Source: Thermodesulfobacteriota bacterium (GTDB taxonomy: Bacteria > Desulfobacterota > Desulfobulbia > Desulfobulbales > JBFMBH01). Taken from it: a DNA stretch of 64,000 nt. The DNA lies in NCBI GenBank assembly GCA_040755095.1, contig JBFMBH010000003.1, positions 20,143 through 84,142 on the forward strand, written 5' to 3'. The position numbers and the translations under genes were made by a program. A model generated the notes under the pieces. It saw only the letters and a program-made list of their open reading frames with translations. It was not told where the DNA came from and searched no databases. Below, in pieces: positions 38,386-53,595 of the stretch (within the stretch, counting starts at the first letter, position 1; the number at the start of each line of letters is the position of its first letter).

Positions 38386-40551
38386 ATGCCTGCCTCGATC
38401 AGTGCCGATCTCACCGCCGATTTCATCCAGGAGGGGCTGACCCTGGTGGATGACGCCCTGGAGCTGGTGCAGCCGGATGGCTGTCCGGCCGCCTCGGTGA
38501 ACGGTCTCTTCCGTTGCCTGCACACCCTCAAGGGTACCAGCGCCATCCTGGAGCTGGTGGCCCTGTCCGAGTTCGTCCACCGCTTCGAGGACTTTGTTCG
38601 CGATCGCCAGGGAAAGGGGGAGGGCCTGACCCCGGCCGAGGCGGAGGTGACCCGGCAGGGCCTGTTTCTGCTCCAGGAGGCGGTGGGGGCGGCCGGCACC
38701 GAGCCGCTCATGGTGGAGAGGCCGCCCTTCCGGGACTTCCTGCAGGCCCTGCAGCAGCTCAAGGTGGAGCAGGCCAGCATGGCCTGCCTGGACGGCCTGC
38801 TCGGCCAGCTGCGGCAGAGTCTGGCCGCGGTGTCCGGGGTGGGAGCCCAGGCCAGTCTGCTGGTCCCGATCATCGAGGCCACGGAGGCGGCCCTGGGCAA
38901 GATCCGGAGCACCCGGGCCCGGGTGGTGCTGCCGGTGGATCACCTGGCGGTGGAGGCGGTGACCCTGGCGGGCGAGGACGTCACCGCCCTGGTCTGCCGG
39001 CAGCTGGCCGCCCTGGAGCAGGTGGCCCAGCACGGCAAGACCGCCTTCGCCAGTCTCGATGTGCACGCCCTCAACGGCGATGTCGCCGGTCTCAAGGCCC
39101 TCCTGGCCGAGGGCGATTTCCTCCTGGACTGGGACGTCATCCTGGACCTGTGTGACATCTCGCCGGAGGTGGTCAGCGAGGCGGTGAAGCGGCTGTGGGA
39201 GGAAGGGGTGCTGCGGGAGGGCCAGGTGACCATGCGGTCCGGGACCCTGGTCGCCCAGGCGGCGGCCGGGCCGGCTGCGCCGGCCGAGATGTCGCCGGCC
39301 GAGGCCGGGGGTGCCCTCCCGGCCGCCGAGCCGGCCGGCGGCCGCGGCGAGCACGATCCGGAGTTCTTCCGGGTCTCGGGACGGATTCTCGACGAGATCG
39401 CGGCCGGAGTCGGCTCCCTGGTCGCGGACCGCAACGCCCTGGAGAACCTGGTCAGCGAGCTGGGCAGCCTGATCCCGCCCCGCTACCGGCGCCTGCTCCA
39501 GGACAGCTCCGGCGACCTGGACCGCCACGTCAACAGCCTGGAGCGACGGGTGACCAGCCTCACCAGCCGGCGCCTCAGCGAGCTTTACCAGCGGCTACCC
39601 GCCCTCATCAAACAGTTGTCCGAGGCCTGCGGCAAATCAGTGCTCCTCGAGACCACCGGCGGTGAGATCGAGGTGCCCCGCTCCTTCCTGAAGATCCTGG
39701 GCGACCCCCTGGTGCATCTGGTGCGCAACGCCGTGGACCACGGCTTCGAGTCCCCCAGGGATCGGCTGGCCGCCGGCAAGGACCAGCAGGGTCTTTTGGC
39801 GATCTGGGCCCGGCGGGAGGATGAGCGGCTGATCCTGACCGTGGCGGACGACGGCCGGGGTCTGGACTGCGCCGCCATCCGGCGGAAGGCCGTGGAGCGG
39901 GGGCTGATCCCGGCGGCCGCCGACCTGGACGATGCCGCCATCCGAGCCCTCATCTTCGCCCCGGGCTTCTCCACGGCCGAGGCCGTGACCAAGGTCTCCG
40001 GCCGGGGCGTGGGCATGGACGTGGTGCGGGCGGCCATCGAGGGCAGCGGCGGCCGGATCCAGATCGAGTCCGAGCCGGGGCGGGGCACCACCTTCGAGCT
40101 GGTGGTGCCGGTCATCTCCGGCAACCGGACCCGGGACATCCTGCTGGTGCAGGTGGGCAGCCAGGTCTTTGGCGTCGATTACCGCTGCCTGGTGGAGGTG
40201 CTGGATGCCAGCCAGCGCGTCCTGCACGGCCATCGGGACCGGCGCTTCTTCGCCTGGCGCGGCCAGCTGCTGCCCTTTGTCGACCTGGCGGTGCACCTGG
40301 GCGAGGTGGCGGCCGGCGGCGGTGGCGACGGACTGGCCGCCATCCGCATCCTGGTGGTGGAGGATGAATACGGTCGTCGCCTGGCCTGCGGGGTGCAAGG
40401 GATCCAGCACAAGGTCAAGGTGGTGGTGACCCCCTTCGGCCACGGCCTGTTGAAGGCCCATCCCATCCTGAGCGGCACCGCGGTGGTCGGCACCGGCGAG
40501 CCCCGCCTGGTGCTGGAGTTCCGGGATGTGTCCCTCTTCCTCGCCCCCTAG
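38386..40551 (+). CDS. second complete CheA-type histidine kinase
   Basis: Hpt is FRCLHTLKGTSAIL. Kinase core has DPLVHLVRNAVDHG, DDGRGLD and GRGVGMDVV. C-terminal CheW-like domain. Confidence 0.85.
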   Translation: MPASISADLTADFIQEGLTLVDDALELVQPDGCPAASVNGLFRCLHTLKGTSAILELVALSEFVHRFEDFVRDRQGKGEGLTPAEAEVTRQGLFLLQEAVGAAGTEPLMVERPPFRDFLQALQQLKVEQASMACLDGLLGQLRQSLAAVSGVGAQASLLVPIIEATEAALGKIRSTRARVVLPVDHLAVEAVTLAGEDVTALVCRQLAALEQVAQHGKTAFASLDVHALNGDVAGLKALLAEGDFLLDWDVILDLCDISPEVVSEAVKRLWEEGVLREGQVTMRSGTLVAQAAAGPAAPAEMSPAEAGGALPAAEPAGGRGEHDPEFFRVSGRILDEIAAGVGSLVADRNALENLVSELGSLIPPRYRRLLQDSSGDLDRHVNSLERRVTSLTSRRLSELYQRLPALIKQLSEACGKSVLLETTGGEIEVPRSFLKILGDPLVHLVRNAVDHGFESPRDRLAAGKDQQGLLAIWARREDERLILTVADDGRGLDCAAIRRKAVERGLIPAAADLDDAAIRALIFAPGFSTAEAVTKVSGRGVGMDVVRAAIEGSGGRIQIESEPGRGTTFELVVPVISGNRTRDILLVQVGSQVFGVDYRCLVEVLDASQRVLHGHRDRRFFAWRGQLLPFVDLAVHLGEVAAGGGGDGLAAIRILVVEDEYGRRLACGVQGIQHKVKVVVTPFGHGLLKAHPILSGTAVVGTGEPRLVLEFRDVSLFLAP

Positions 40552-40563
40552 TGCCCGCCCGCC

Positions 40564-44034
<3,471 letters not shown>

Positions 44035-44039
44035 CCTCC

Positions 44040-45266
44040 ATGTCTCTTGAGCAGGAAAAGCCTCGAATCCTGATCGTCGATGATGTGCCCGAGAACGTCC
44101 ACGTGCTGGCCCGGGCGCTCCGGGATCGCTACCACCTGTCGGCGGCCACCGGGGGTCAGGAGGCCCTGGCGCTGGCAGCCGGCGACAACCGTCCGGACCT
44201 GATCCTTCTCGATATCATCATGCCGGACATGGACGGCTACGAGGTCTGCCGGCGTCTCAAGGCCGCCGAAGCGATTCGGGATATCCCGGTCATCTTCGTC
44301 ACCGGGCTGGGGGATGGGGAGGACGAATCCTATGGCCTGGAGCTGGGGGCGGTGGATTACATCACCAAGCCCATCAACCTGTCGGTGCTGCGGGCCCGGG
44401 TGAGCACCCAGCTGGCCCTCCAGGCCCAGCGCCGGGAGCTGGCCCAGGCCAACTGGCAGCTGCGGCAGGAGATGGAGGAGCGCCGGCGGCTGGAGCAGCA
44501 GCTGGCGGTCCAGCGGGAGCGGGAGGCCCGCCAGGCGGCGATGATCCATTCCGGTCGCCTGGCGGCCCTGGGTGAGATGGCCGCCTCCATGGCCCACGAG
44601 ATCGGCCAGCCCCTGTCGGTGATGAGCCTTACCGTCCAGACGTGGGCCTTGTTGCACCAGCGGGGCCGGCTGACCCTGGAGCAGGTGATGGCCGAGCTGC
44701 CCAAGCTCATCGGCAGTCTCAAGCGGGTGGATGGCCTCATCGAGCATGTACGGACCTTCGGCCGCAAGGCCGGGGAGCCTGCCGACGTGAGCCTGACTGC
44801 GGTGGCCCTGGACGCCGTTGGCCTGTGCCGGCACCAGTTCAAGACCCACGGCATCGTTCTCGCCGAGCACCTGCCGGAGGAGGTGCCGCCGGTGCGGGCG
44901 GTGGCGGCGGAGCTCGAGCAGGTGGTGCTCAATCTCCTGTCCAACGCCCGGCACGCGGTGGAGGATCGCCGGGACCGGGAAGGCACCAGCCCGTGGGTAG
45001 AGATCCGGGTGGAGCCGGCCGCGGACCGGGTTTCCCTATTCGTGGCCGACAACGGTGGCGGGGTGCCGGAGGACAAGGCCGAGCTGATCTTCGACCCGTT
45101 CTTCACCACCAAGCCTTCCTCCCAGGGTACCGGGCTGGGCCTGGCCATCAGCATGCAGGTGATGGAGAAGTTCGGCGGGCTGGTGCTGCACAACCGGCCC
45201 GGGGAGGGCGCCACCTTCGAGCTCTGGGTGCGGCGGACGGGCAACGCTCCGGAGGCTGCTGGCTGA
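44040..45266 (+). CDS. receiver-histidine kinase fusion (REC-HisKA-HATPase)
   Basis: ILIVDDVPEN...DLILLDIIMPDMDG, then GEMAASMAHEIGQPL and GTGLGLAIS. An alternative TTG start at 44031 would overlap the upstream stop. Confidence 0.85.
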   Translation: MSLEQEKPRILIVDDVPENVHVLARALRDRYHLSAATGGQEALALAAGDNRPDLILLDIIMPDMDGYEVCRRLKAAEAIRDIPVIFVTGLGDGEDESYGLELGAVDYITKPINLSVLRARVSTQLALQAQRRELAQANWQLRQEMEERRRLEQQLAVQREREARQAAMIHSGRLAALGEMAASMAHEIGQPLSVMSLTVQTWALLHQRGRLTLEQVMAELPKLIGSLKRVDGLIEHVRTFGRKAGEPADVSLTAVALDAVGLCRHQFKTHGIVLAEHLPEEVPPVRAVAAELEQVVLNLLSNARHAVEDRRDREGTSPWVEIRVEPAADRVSLFVADNGGGVPEDKAELIFDPFFTTKPSSQGTGLGLAISMQVMEKFGGLVLHNRPGEGATFELWVRRTGNAPEAAG

Positions 45267-45360
45267 AGGCCTGCGGCCGGAGCCGGGAAGGGCGGGAAAA
45301 AAGGGCGGGCGGCCCGCATCCGGACCGCCCGCGTGGAAAAACGTAGCGTGCTGCGCGGCC

Positions 45361-45606
45361 TTACTTCTTCTTGCCTGCCGCCGCCCGCTTCGAGGCCTTC
45401 AACGGGTTGATCTTGGTGGCTGTGGTGAGCACGGCCGGCTTGGCATGGGTGGCGAAGTTGCACAGGCCCAGCCGCCACTTGGCAGCAGGGTCGGCATAGC
45501 TGCGGCAGTAGCGATTCTCCTCGACGTTGACGATGCGGTCGCAGCCCTCGCACTTGTCGACAATGGTCTTGAAGCAGCCTGAGGTGTACATGCTGGTGTC
45601 GGACAT
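45361..45606 (-). CDS. PxxKW-family cysteine-rich small protein
   Basis: 81 aa with five Cys (CFKTIVDKCEGCD...YCRSYADPAAKWRLGLCNF) and a Lys-rich tail. GAGGAGG Shine-Dalgarno sequence upstream of MSDTSMY. Confidence 0.6.
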   Translation of the reverse strand: MSDTSMYTSGCFKTIVDKCEGCDRIVNVEENRYCRSYADPAAKWRLGLCNFATHAKPAVLTTATKINPLKASKRAAAGKKK

Positions 45607-45880
45607 GGTGACCATAACCTCCTCTTTGGCGTCCGGCCCGAACAGCGGGCATCCCGGCAGGGGATGATGAACGGCCGGCCGGCGTTGGGCATGTTGGGGT
45701 GGCCGAAACGAAGCTCCAAAAGATAGACAGTGAGGGTCAGGCTGTCAACGGCAAATCCAGGACACCCGTCAACGGGTACCGTCCACGTTTGTCCCGAATG
45801 ACGGATTGATCCTTCCTCCGTCCAAGACGGATGACCGGCGTCTGCGCCGGCTTGCCGGTGGCGCGGTCCGACCGCAGCCA

Positions 45881-45909
45881 TTGTCAGCGCCAGACCCATG
45901 AGCTAGAAT
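45881..45909 (+). promoter_or_regulatory. sigma70-like promoter upstream of pilC
   Basis: TTGTCA-17 nt-TAGAAT, 54 nt before ATG 45963. Confidence 0.4.
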
Positions 45910-45962
45910 CAACGCCATCTGAACCGGCCGTTGCGGTCGCGAGGTTCTTTAAGAGGAACGCG

Positions 45963-48555
<2,593 letters not shown>

Positions 48556-48574
48556 GAGCGGAGGAGGACGCAGC

Positions 48575-48868
48575 ATGACCCTCACCAAGGCGGATCTGGC
48601 GCATCGGATCTTTGACAGCCATGAGGCCATCAGCAAAGGGCAGGCGGTGGCAGCCGTGGAGATGCTGCTGGAGGCCATGAAGGGTTGCCTGGAGAAGGGG
48701 GATGATCTTCTGATCAGCGGCTTCGGCAAGTTCCGGGTCCGCGGCAAGAGGGCACGCCGGGGCCGCAACCCCCAGACCGGCGAGGAGCTTATGCTCACCT
48801 CCAGGAACGTGGTCACCTTCCGGCCTTCGGGCATCCTGCGGGACCGGCTCAACAGCGAGCAGCCCTGA
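48575..48868 (+). CDS. ihfA: HU/IHF-family DNA-binding protein, IHF-alpha-like
   Basis: GGAGGAGG Shine-Dalgarno sequence. LTKADLA...ISGFGKFRVRGKRARRGRNPQTGEELMLTSRNVVTFRPS. Confidence 0.75.
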   Translation: MTLTKADLAHRIFDSHEAISKGQAVAAVEMLLEAMKGCLEKGDDLLISGFGKFRVRGKRARRGRNPQTGEELMLTSRNVVTFRPSGILRDRLNSEQP

Positions 48869-48977
48869 GGCGGCCAGCCTGCCGGGACAGGGGTCGTGAC
48901 GGGCCATCCGCGGACGCCGGGGGGCCCGTTCGTCTTTTGCCAGCAGGCTTTTGGCAACGGGCAGGAGCGGGGGAGCG

Positions 48978-49778
48978 ATGAGGTCGGCTGGCCCTGGCAC
49001 CGGTATCCTGAGCGCCCTGGCTTGGCGGCTTGGCACGGGCTTTCTCGGCAGCCTGGAGACCCTGGGCGGCATGGCCCTGATGCTCGCCCAGGGCCTGGCC
49101 TGGAGCGTGCGGCCACCGTGGCGGCCCCGCCTTTTCCTGCGCCAGATGGCCGGCATCGGGGTGCACTCCACCCTGGTGGTGCTGCTCACCGGCATCTTCG
49201 CCGGCATGGTGCTCGCCCTGCAGGGCTACTATGGCTTCAAGAAGTTCGGCGGCGAGAGCCTTTTGGGGGCCACAGTGGCCCTGTCCCTGACCCGGGAGCT
49301 GGGGCCGGTTCTGACCGGCCTTATGGTCACCGCCCGGGCCGGCTCGGCCATGGCCGCCGAGCTGGGCACCATGCGGGTGACCGAGCAGATCGACGCCCTG
49401 GCCGTGATGGCGGTGCACCCGGTGCAGTACCTGGTGTCGCCCCGGCTGGTGGCCTCCGTGGTCATGCTGCCGCTCCTCACCGGGCTGGTGGATCTCATCG
49501 GTATCGGCGGTGGCTACTTTGTGGGCGTGGTCCTCCTCAGGATCAACCCCGGCATCTTCATGAGCAACATCCGGGAGTTTCTGGTCCTGGAGGACATCAC
49601 CCAGGGCCTGGTGAAGGCCGCGGTCTTCGGTGGCCTCATGGGGATGATCGGCTGCTTCCACGGCTTTTTTGCCGGCGAGGGCGCCGAGGGTGTCGGCCGG
49701 GCCACCACCCGGGCCGTGGTCCACACCGCGGTGGCGATCCTGGCCATGGATTACATCCTGACCTCGCTCCTTTTCTGA
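48978..49778 (+). CDS. mlaE: MlaE-type ABC permease (lipid asymmetry/toluene tolerance family)
   Basis: TRELGPVLTGLMVTARAGSAMAAELGTMRVTEQIDAL is the MlaE signature. About 5 TM segments. Confidence 0.85.
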   Translation: MRSAGPGTGILSALAWRLGTGFLGSLETLGGMALMLAQGLAWSVRPPWRPRLFLRQMAGIGVHSTLVVLLTGIFAGMVLALQGYYGFKKFGGESLLGATVALSLTRELGPVLTGLMVTARAGSAMAAELGTMRVTEQIDALAVMAVHPVQYLVSPRLVASVVMLPLLTGLVDLIGIGGGYFVGVVLLRINPGIFMSNIREFLVLEDITQGLVKAAVFGGLMGMIGCFHGFFAGEGAEGVGRATTRAVVHTAVAILAMDYILTSLLF

Positions 49779-49787
49779 CCGCCACCC

Positions 49788-50549
49788 ATGATCGTCATCG
49801 AGGATCTGCACAAGACCTTCCGTGGCCACCACGTCCTTTCGGGGGTGAATCTGGCGGTCCAGCCGGCAGCCACCACGGTGATCATCGGCCGCAGCGGCGG
49901 CGGCAAGAGCGTGCTCCTCAAGCACCTCATCGGCCTCATGCGGCCGGACCGGGGCCGGATCCTGGTGGACGGTGTGGAGCTGACCCGGGCGGACGGCCGG
50001 CAGCTGGCGGCCTTGCGCCGGCGGTTCGGGGTGCTGTTCCAGGATGCCGCCCTCTTCGACTCCATGACCGTGCTGGACAACGTGGCCTTTCCCCTCCTGG
50101 AGCATACGCGGCTTGCTCGGCGGCAGGCCAGGGAGCTGGCCCGGCAGCGCCTGGCCGACGTGGGCCTTGGGACCATGGGGGACAAGATGCCCTCCCAGCT
50201 TTCCGGCGGCATGCGCAAGAGAGTGGGGCTGGCCCGGGCCCTGGCCCTGGATCCGGAGATCCTCTTCTTCGACGAGCCCACCACCGGCCTCGACCCCATC
50301 ATGAGCGGCGCCATCGAGCGGCTGATCATCCGCACCCAGGCCAGCCTGCAGCTGACCTCGGTCATCATCAGCCACGACCTGCCGTCGGTCTTCCGCATGG
50401 CCCACACCGTGGCCATGCTCCACGACGGTCGCATCATCGCCGCTGGCACCCCGTTGGAGATCCAGGCCAGTCCCGAGCCGGTGGTCCAGGATTTCCTGGC
50501 CGGCCGGGCGCCCGAGGAGGTGGCCATGACAGACCCGAGCGAGGCATGA
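49788..50549 (+). CDS. mlaF: MlaF-type ABC ATPase
   Basis: GRSGGGKS Walker A, LSGGMRKRVGLARAL signature and LFFDEPTTGLDP. Confidence 0.9.
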   Translation: MIVIEDLHKTFRGHHVLSGVNLAVQPAATTVIIGRSGGGKSVLLKHLIGLMRPDRGRILVDGVELTRADGRQLAALRRRFGVLFQDAALFDSMTVLDNVAFPLLEHTRLARRQARELARQRLADVGLGTMGDKMPSQLSGGMRKRVGLARALALDPEILFFDEPTTGLDPIMSGAIERLIIRTQASLQLTSVIISHDLPSVFRMAHTVAMLHDGRIIAAGTPLEIQASPEPVVQDFLAGRAPEEVAMTDPSEA

Positions 50550-51625
50550 CCATGCAGGACAACGCAGCGACCCTGGCGGTCAAGGTGGGGGCCTTTGTGC
50601 TGGTGGCCCTGGCGGCCCTGGTGTATCTCAGCATCACCTTCACCGGCGTCACCAGCGGCCGGCGGGTCGGCTACGCCCTGCAGGCCACCTTCGACGATGT
50701 CTCCGGCCTGGTGGAGGATGCCTCGGTGCGGATGGCGGGCATCGAGGTGGGCCGGGTGCAGCGGATTACCCTGGAAGAGGGGCGAGCCCGGGTGGGGCTC
50801 TTCATCTACGACGAATTCCGCGTGCCGGCGGATGTCCAGGCCGTGATCCGGACCCGGGGCATGCTGGGGGACCGCTACCTGCAGCTCCTGCCCGGCCTGC
50901 AGGCAGAGCCCTTCCTGGCCGCAGGCAGCGAGATCGGCCGCACCTCGTCGCCGGTCACCTTCGATGAGCTGGTCCAGGAGGCGGCGCCGGTTCTGAAAGA
51001 CATCCGCTCCATCGCCTCGGTGGTCAACGATACGGCCCAGAGCGTGCTGGGCGACGAGGAGAGCCGGCAGGCGGTCCGGAGCACCCTGGCCAACCTCCGG
51101 GACCTCACCGCCAGCATCAACCGCATCAGTGCCGGCGTCGAGGCCGGTCAGGGAACCCTGGGCCTCCTGGTCACCGACGACTCCTTGTTCCGCCAGGCCA
51201 AGGGCTTCCTGGACCGCTTCACCACCCTGGCCACCCGCCTCGATTCCACGGAGGGCACCCTGGGCCGGCTGCTCACGGACGATGCCCTGTACGTCGATCT
51301 GCGGGACATGGCCCGGGAGGCACGCCAGGTGGCCGGCGGTCTCAACACCGTGGTGGCGCGTCTCAACCAGGGGGAGGGCTTTCTGGGCAAGATGATCCGG
51401 GACGAGGGCCTCTACGGGCGGCTGGCCAATGCGGTCAGCGACCTGGAGGCGACCCTGGCCGCGGTGCGCAGCGGCCAGGGCACCCTGGGCAAGCTGGTCA
51501 CCGATCCTTCCCTCTACGACGAGACCAAGGCAGCGGTCCAGAACGTCAACCGGGCCTCCACGGGTCTTCAGGAGCAGCTGCCGGTGAGCGTCCTGGGCAC
51601 GGTGGTGGGTGTGGCCATCCAGTGA
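50546..51625 (+). CDS. mlaD: MlaD/MCE-domain protein with a long helical C-terminus
   Basis: N-terminal TM segment. MCE domain (ATFDDVSGLVEDASVRMAGIEVGRV) and repeated GTLG(R/K)L helical motifs. ATGA overlap with mlaF. Confidence 0.85.
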   Translation: MTMQDNAATLAVKVGAFVLVALAALVYLSITFTGVTSGRRVGYALQATFDDVSGLVEDASVRMAGIEVGRVQRITLEEGRARVGLFIYDEFRVPADVQAVIRTRGMLGDRYLQLLPGLQAEPFLAAGSEIGRTSSPVTFDELVQEAAPVLKDIRSIASVVNDTAQSVLGDEESRQAVRSTLANLRDLTASINRISAGVEAGQGTLGLLVTDDSLFRQAKGFLDRFTTLATRLDSTEGTLGRLLTDDALYVDLRDMAREARQVAGGLNTVVARLNQGEGFLGKMIRDEGLYGRLANAVSDLEATLAAVRSGQGTLGKLVTDPSLYDETKAAVQNVNRASTGLQEQLPVSVLGTVVGVAIQ

Positions 51626-53073
51626 TGCGGATGCCGGCGGCCCGCGCCGCCCTGGTCCTGGCGCTGGCCTTGCTCGCTCCGGCCTGTGGCGCCAGCCGCC
51701 AGCAGGGAGCCGGCCAGCCGCTGCTGCCGGCGGCGGCGCCAGGGCTCGACATCTGCCGCAACGAGGCGGTGGCGCCGCCCCTGGTCAGCCGTCTCCACTG
51801 CCCGGGTCGCCCCACCCTGGTGGTCGCACCCCTCTTGTCCTGGTCCCGGCAGCCGGATACCTCGGGTACCCAGGATACGATCCGTTTCCTCTATCCCCTG
51901 GGACGGTGGCAGGACGGTCCGGCCGGCCAAGAGCTTACCTTCATTCCGGCGGTGGACGCCGCCTGGCCGGCGACCGCGGACCAGGCGGCCGCTGCCAGCA
52001 CCTTCTTTCCCCTGTTCTGGGGCCGCACCGCTGGCGGGGAGCGTTACGGCGGCCTCTTTCCGGTGGCTGGCGAGCTCAAAGACCGCTTCAACGCCGGCCG
52101 GATCCGCTTTGCCCTCTGGCCGCTGTGGAGTGAGGTCCGCACCGGGGACAACGCGAAGACCCACCTGCTGTGGCCCGTGGTGAGCTATGCCCAGGGGCCG
52201 GACCAGTCGGGCTGCAAGCTGTGGCCCCTGGGCGGGCGTTTCGAGAAGACCGGCCGCTCCCGTTCCTGGTTTGCTCTCTGGCCCCTCTTGTCGGGCTCCC
52301 AGGAGCTGGAGGGCGAACGGGTACGGGGGGAGCGGCTTGCCGTCTTTCCTTTCTACGGCACGGCCTGGAGCGGCAGCCGCCAGGAGACCTGGTGGCTGTG
52401 GCCCTTCTTCTCCTGGACCGAGGATCCCGGCCAGGGCTGGACCAGCCGGGATCTCCTGTGGCCCCTGGTGCGGATCAGCGACGGCCCGGACCGGCGGCTG
52501 CGCCGCTACTGGCCCCTGTGGAGCGAGAGCGACGCGCCCGGCCGCCGGGAGTCTTTTCTGCTGTGGCCCTTCTTTTCCCGCAGCCAGGAGGAGCTGACCG
52601 GCGGGGTGCGGATGACCACGGCCAGCGGCCTGCTCATTGCCCGGCACCGCCAGCACCTGGCTGCCGGCTCCGGCCAGGTGCTGGCCACAGACGACCTCCT
52701 CTGGCCCCTGTTCCGGGACACCTCGGCCCAGGGCTGGCGCCGCCTCCGGGTGCTGGACCCCTTCTCGATCCTGGGGGACGGCTTCGACCTTCATTACGGC
52801 GGTCTCTTCCGGGTGGTCGATCTCGTGACCGGTCCGGACGAGTTGGTGCAGCTCGACCTTCTCTTCGGCCTCGCCGGCTACGAGCGGGAGCCGGCCCGGG
52901 CCCGCTGGCGTCTGGCCTACCTGTTCGACCTTAGGCGGGGTGCCGACTGGGACTCCTGGAGCCTCGCCCTCCTGGGCGGCCTGTGGCAGCACTGGCAGGG
53001 GCCGGACCAGGGCGGAGGACAGCTCCTCCATCTCTTCCGCTACGGCGACTCCCGCACCTCTCCTGGGCCGTGA
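51622..53073 (+). CDS. lipoprotein with repeated hWPh motifs, coupled to mlaD
   Basis: Signal peptide and lipobox LALALLAPAC. Nine copies of [LWY]WP[LFV], e.g. FALWPLW, HLLWPVV, KLWPLG, WLWPFF and LLWPLV. Start overlaps the mlaD stop (GTG 51622 or ATG 51625). Confidence 0.6.
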   Translation: MMRMPAARAALVLALALLAPACGASRQQGAGQPLLPAAAPGLDICRNEAVAPPLVSRLHCPGRPTLVVAPLLSWSRQPDTSGTQDTIRFLYPLGRWQDGPAGQELTFIPAVDAAWPATADQAAAASTFFPLFWGRTAGGERYGGLFPVAGELKDRFNAGRIRFALWPLWSEVRTGDNAKTHLLWPVVSYAQGPDQSGCKLWPLGGRFEKTGRSRSWFALWPLLSGSQELEGERVRGERLAVFPFYGTAWSGSRQETWWLWPFFSWTEDPGQGWTSRDLLWPLVRISDGPDRRLRRYWPLWSESDAPGRRESFLLWPFFSRSQEELTGGVRMTTASGLLIARHRQHLAAGSGQVLATDDLLWPLFRDTSAQGWRRLRVLDPFSILGDGFDLHYGGLFRVVDLVTGPDELVQLDLLFGLAGYEREPARARWRLAYLFDLRRGADWDSWSLALLGGLWQHWQGPDQGGGQLLHLFRYGDSRTSPGP

Positions 53074-53133
53074 CGGCCTGGGGCCGGGCTTTTTCTTTTG
53101 ACAGCTGCTGGGTGGGTTTTTTAGAGTGCCGGT

Positions 53134-53595
53134 ATGCCCCGATCCTCCCGCCGGCGTCCCTGGGGCGCCATCCTCGTCCTCGGCGCCATTCTGGTGCCGG
53201 TCGGCCCGGCCTGGGCCATGCAGAGCCATGGGGGCATGGAGGGGCTGGTGGGCCATCAGATTGGCCATCTCCTCTTCATCGCTGGCCTGGCCTTCATCCT
53301 CCACGTGAGCCGCAAGCCCGGCATGGTGACGGCCGGGGGCGGACGGTTCCGCCTCTTCCTGTGGCTGCTCCTGATCTGGAATCTGGTGACGGGCCTCGGC
53401 CACGGGATGGAGCTGCGGGTCCGGCCGGAGCAGCTTCTGGCCGCCGGCGGCCGGACCGTGGCCTTCGTGGTCCGGGATCCGGGTGACGTCCTCTACTATC
53501 TGGGCCGGCTCGATCATCTGGTCCTGGTGCCGGCCATGCTGGCCCTCTTCCTGGCCCTTCGCCGCTGGCGGCAGGCCGACCAGGCACAGCCATGA
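53134..53595 (+). CDS. hypothetical membrane protein
   Basis: Signal/TM segment plus about 3 further TM segments, with His-containing loops (HGGMEGLVGHQIGH; GLGHGME). Its stop overlaps the start of the following kinase gene (ATGA). Confidence 0.45.
   Translation: MPRSSRRRPWGAILVLGAILVPVGPAWAMQSHGGMEGLVGHQIGHLLFIAGLAFILHVSRKPGMVTAGGGRFRLFLWLLLIWNLVTGLGHGMELRVRPEQLLAAGGRTVAFVVRDPGDVLYYLGRLDHLVLVPAMLALFLALRRWRQADQAQP

Noticed and set aside
45267-45360. Hairpin GCGGGCGG-(12 nt)-CCGCCCGC between the convergent che-operon end and the PxxKW gene, as a terminator.
   Set aside because: The stem is only 8 bp, the loop is large and there is no clean T/A tract on either side. Support is too weak to annotate.
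48899-48938. Possible terminator after the IHF-like gene (ACGGGCC-17 nt-GGCCCGT-TCGTCTTTT).
   Set aside because: The stem is 7 bp with a 17-nt loop and an interrupted T-tract. It is plausible but marginal, and the mla genes could equally be co-transcribed.
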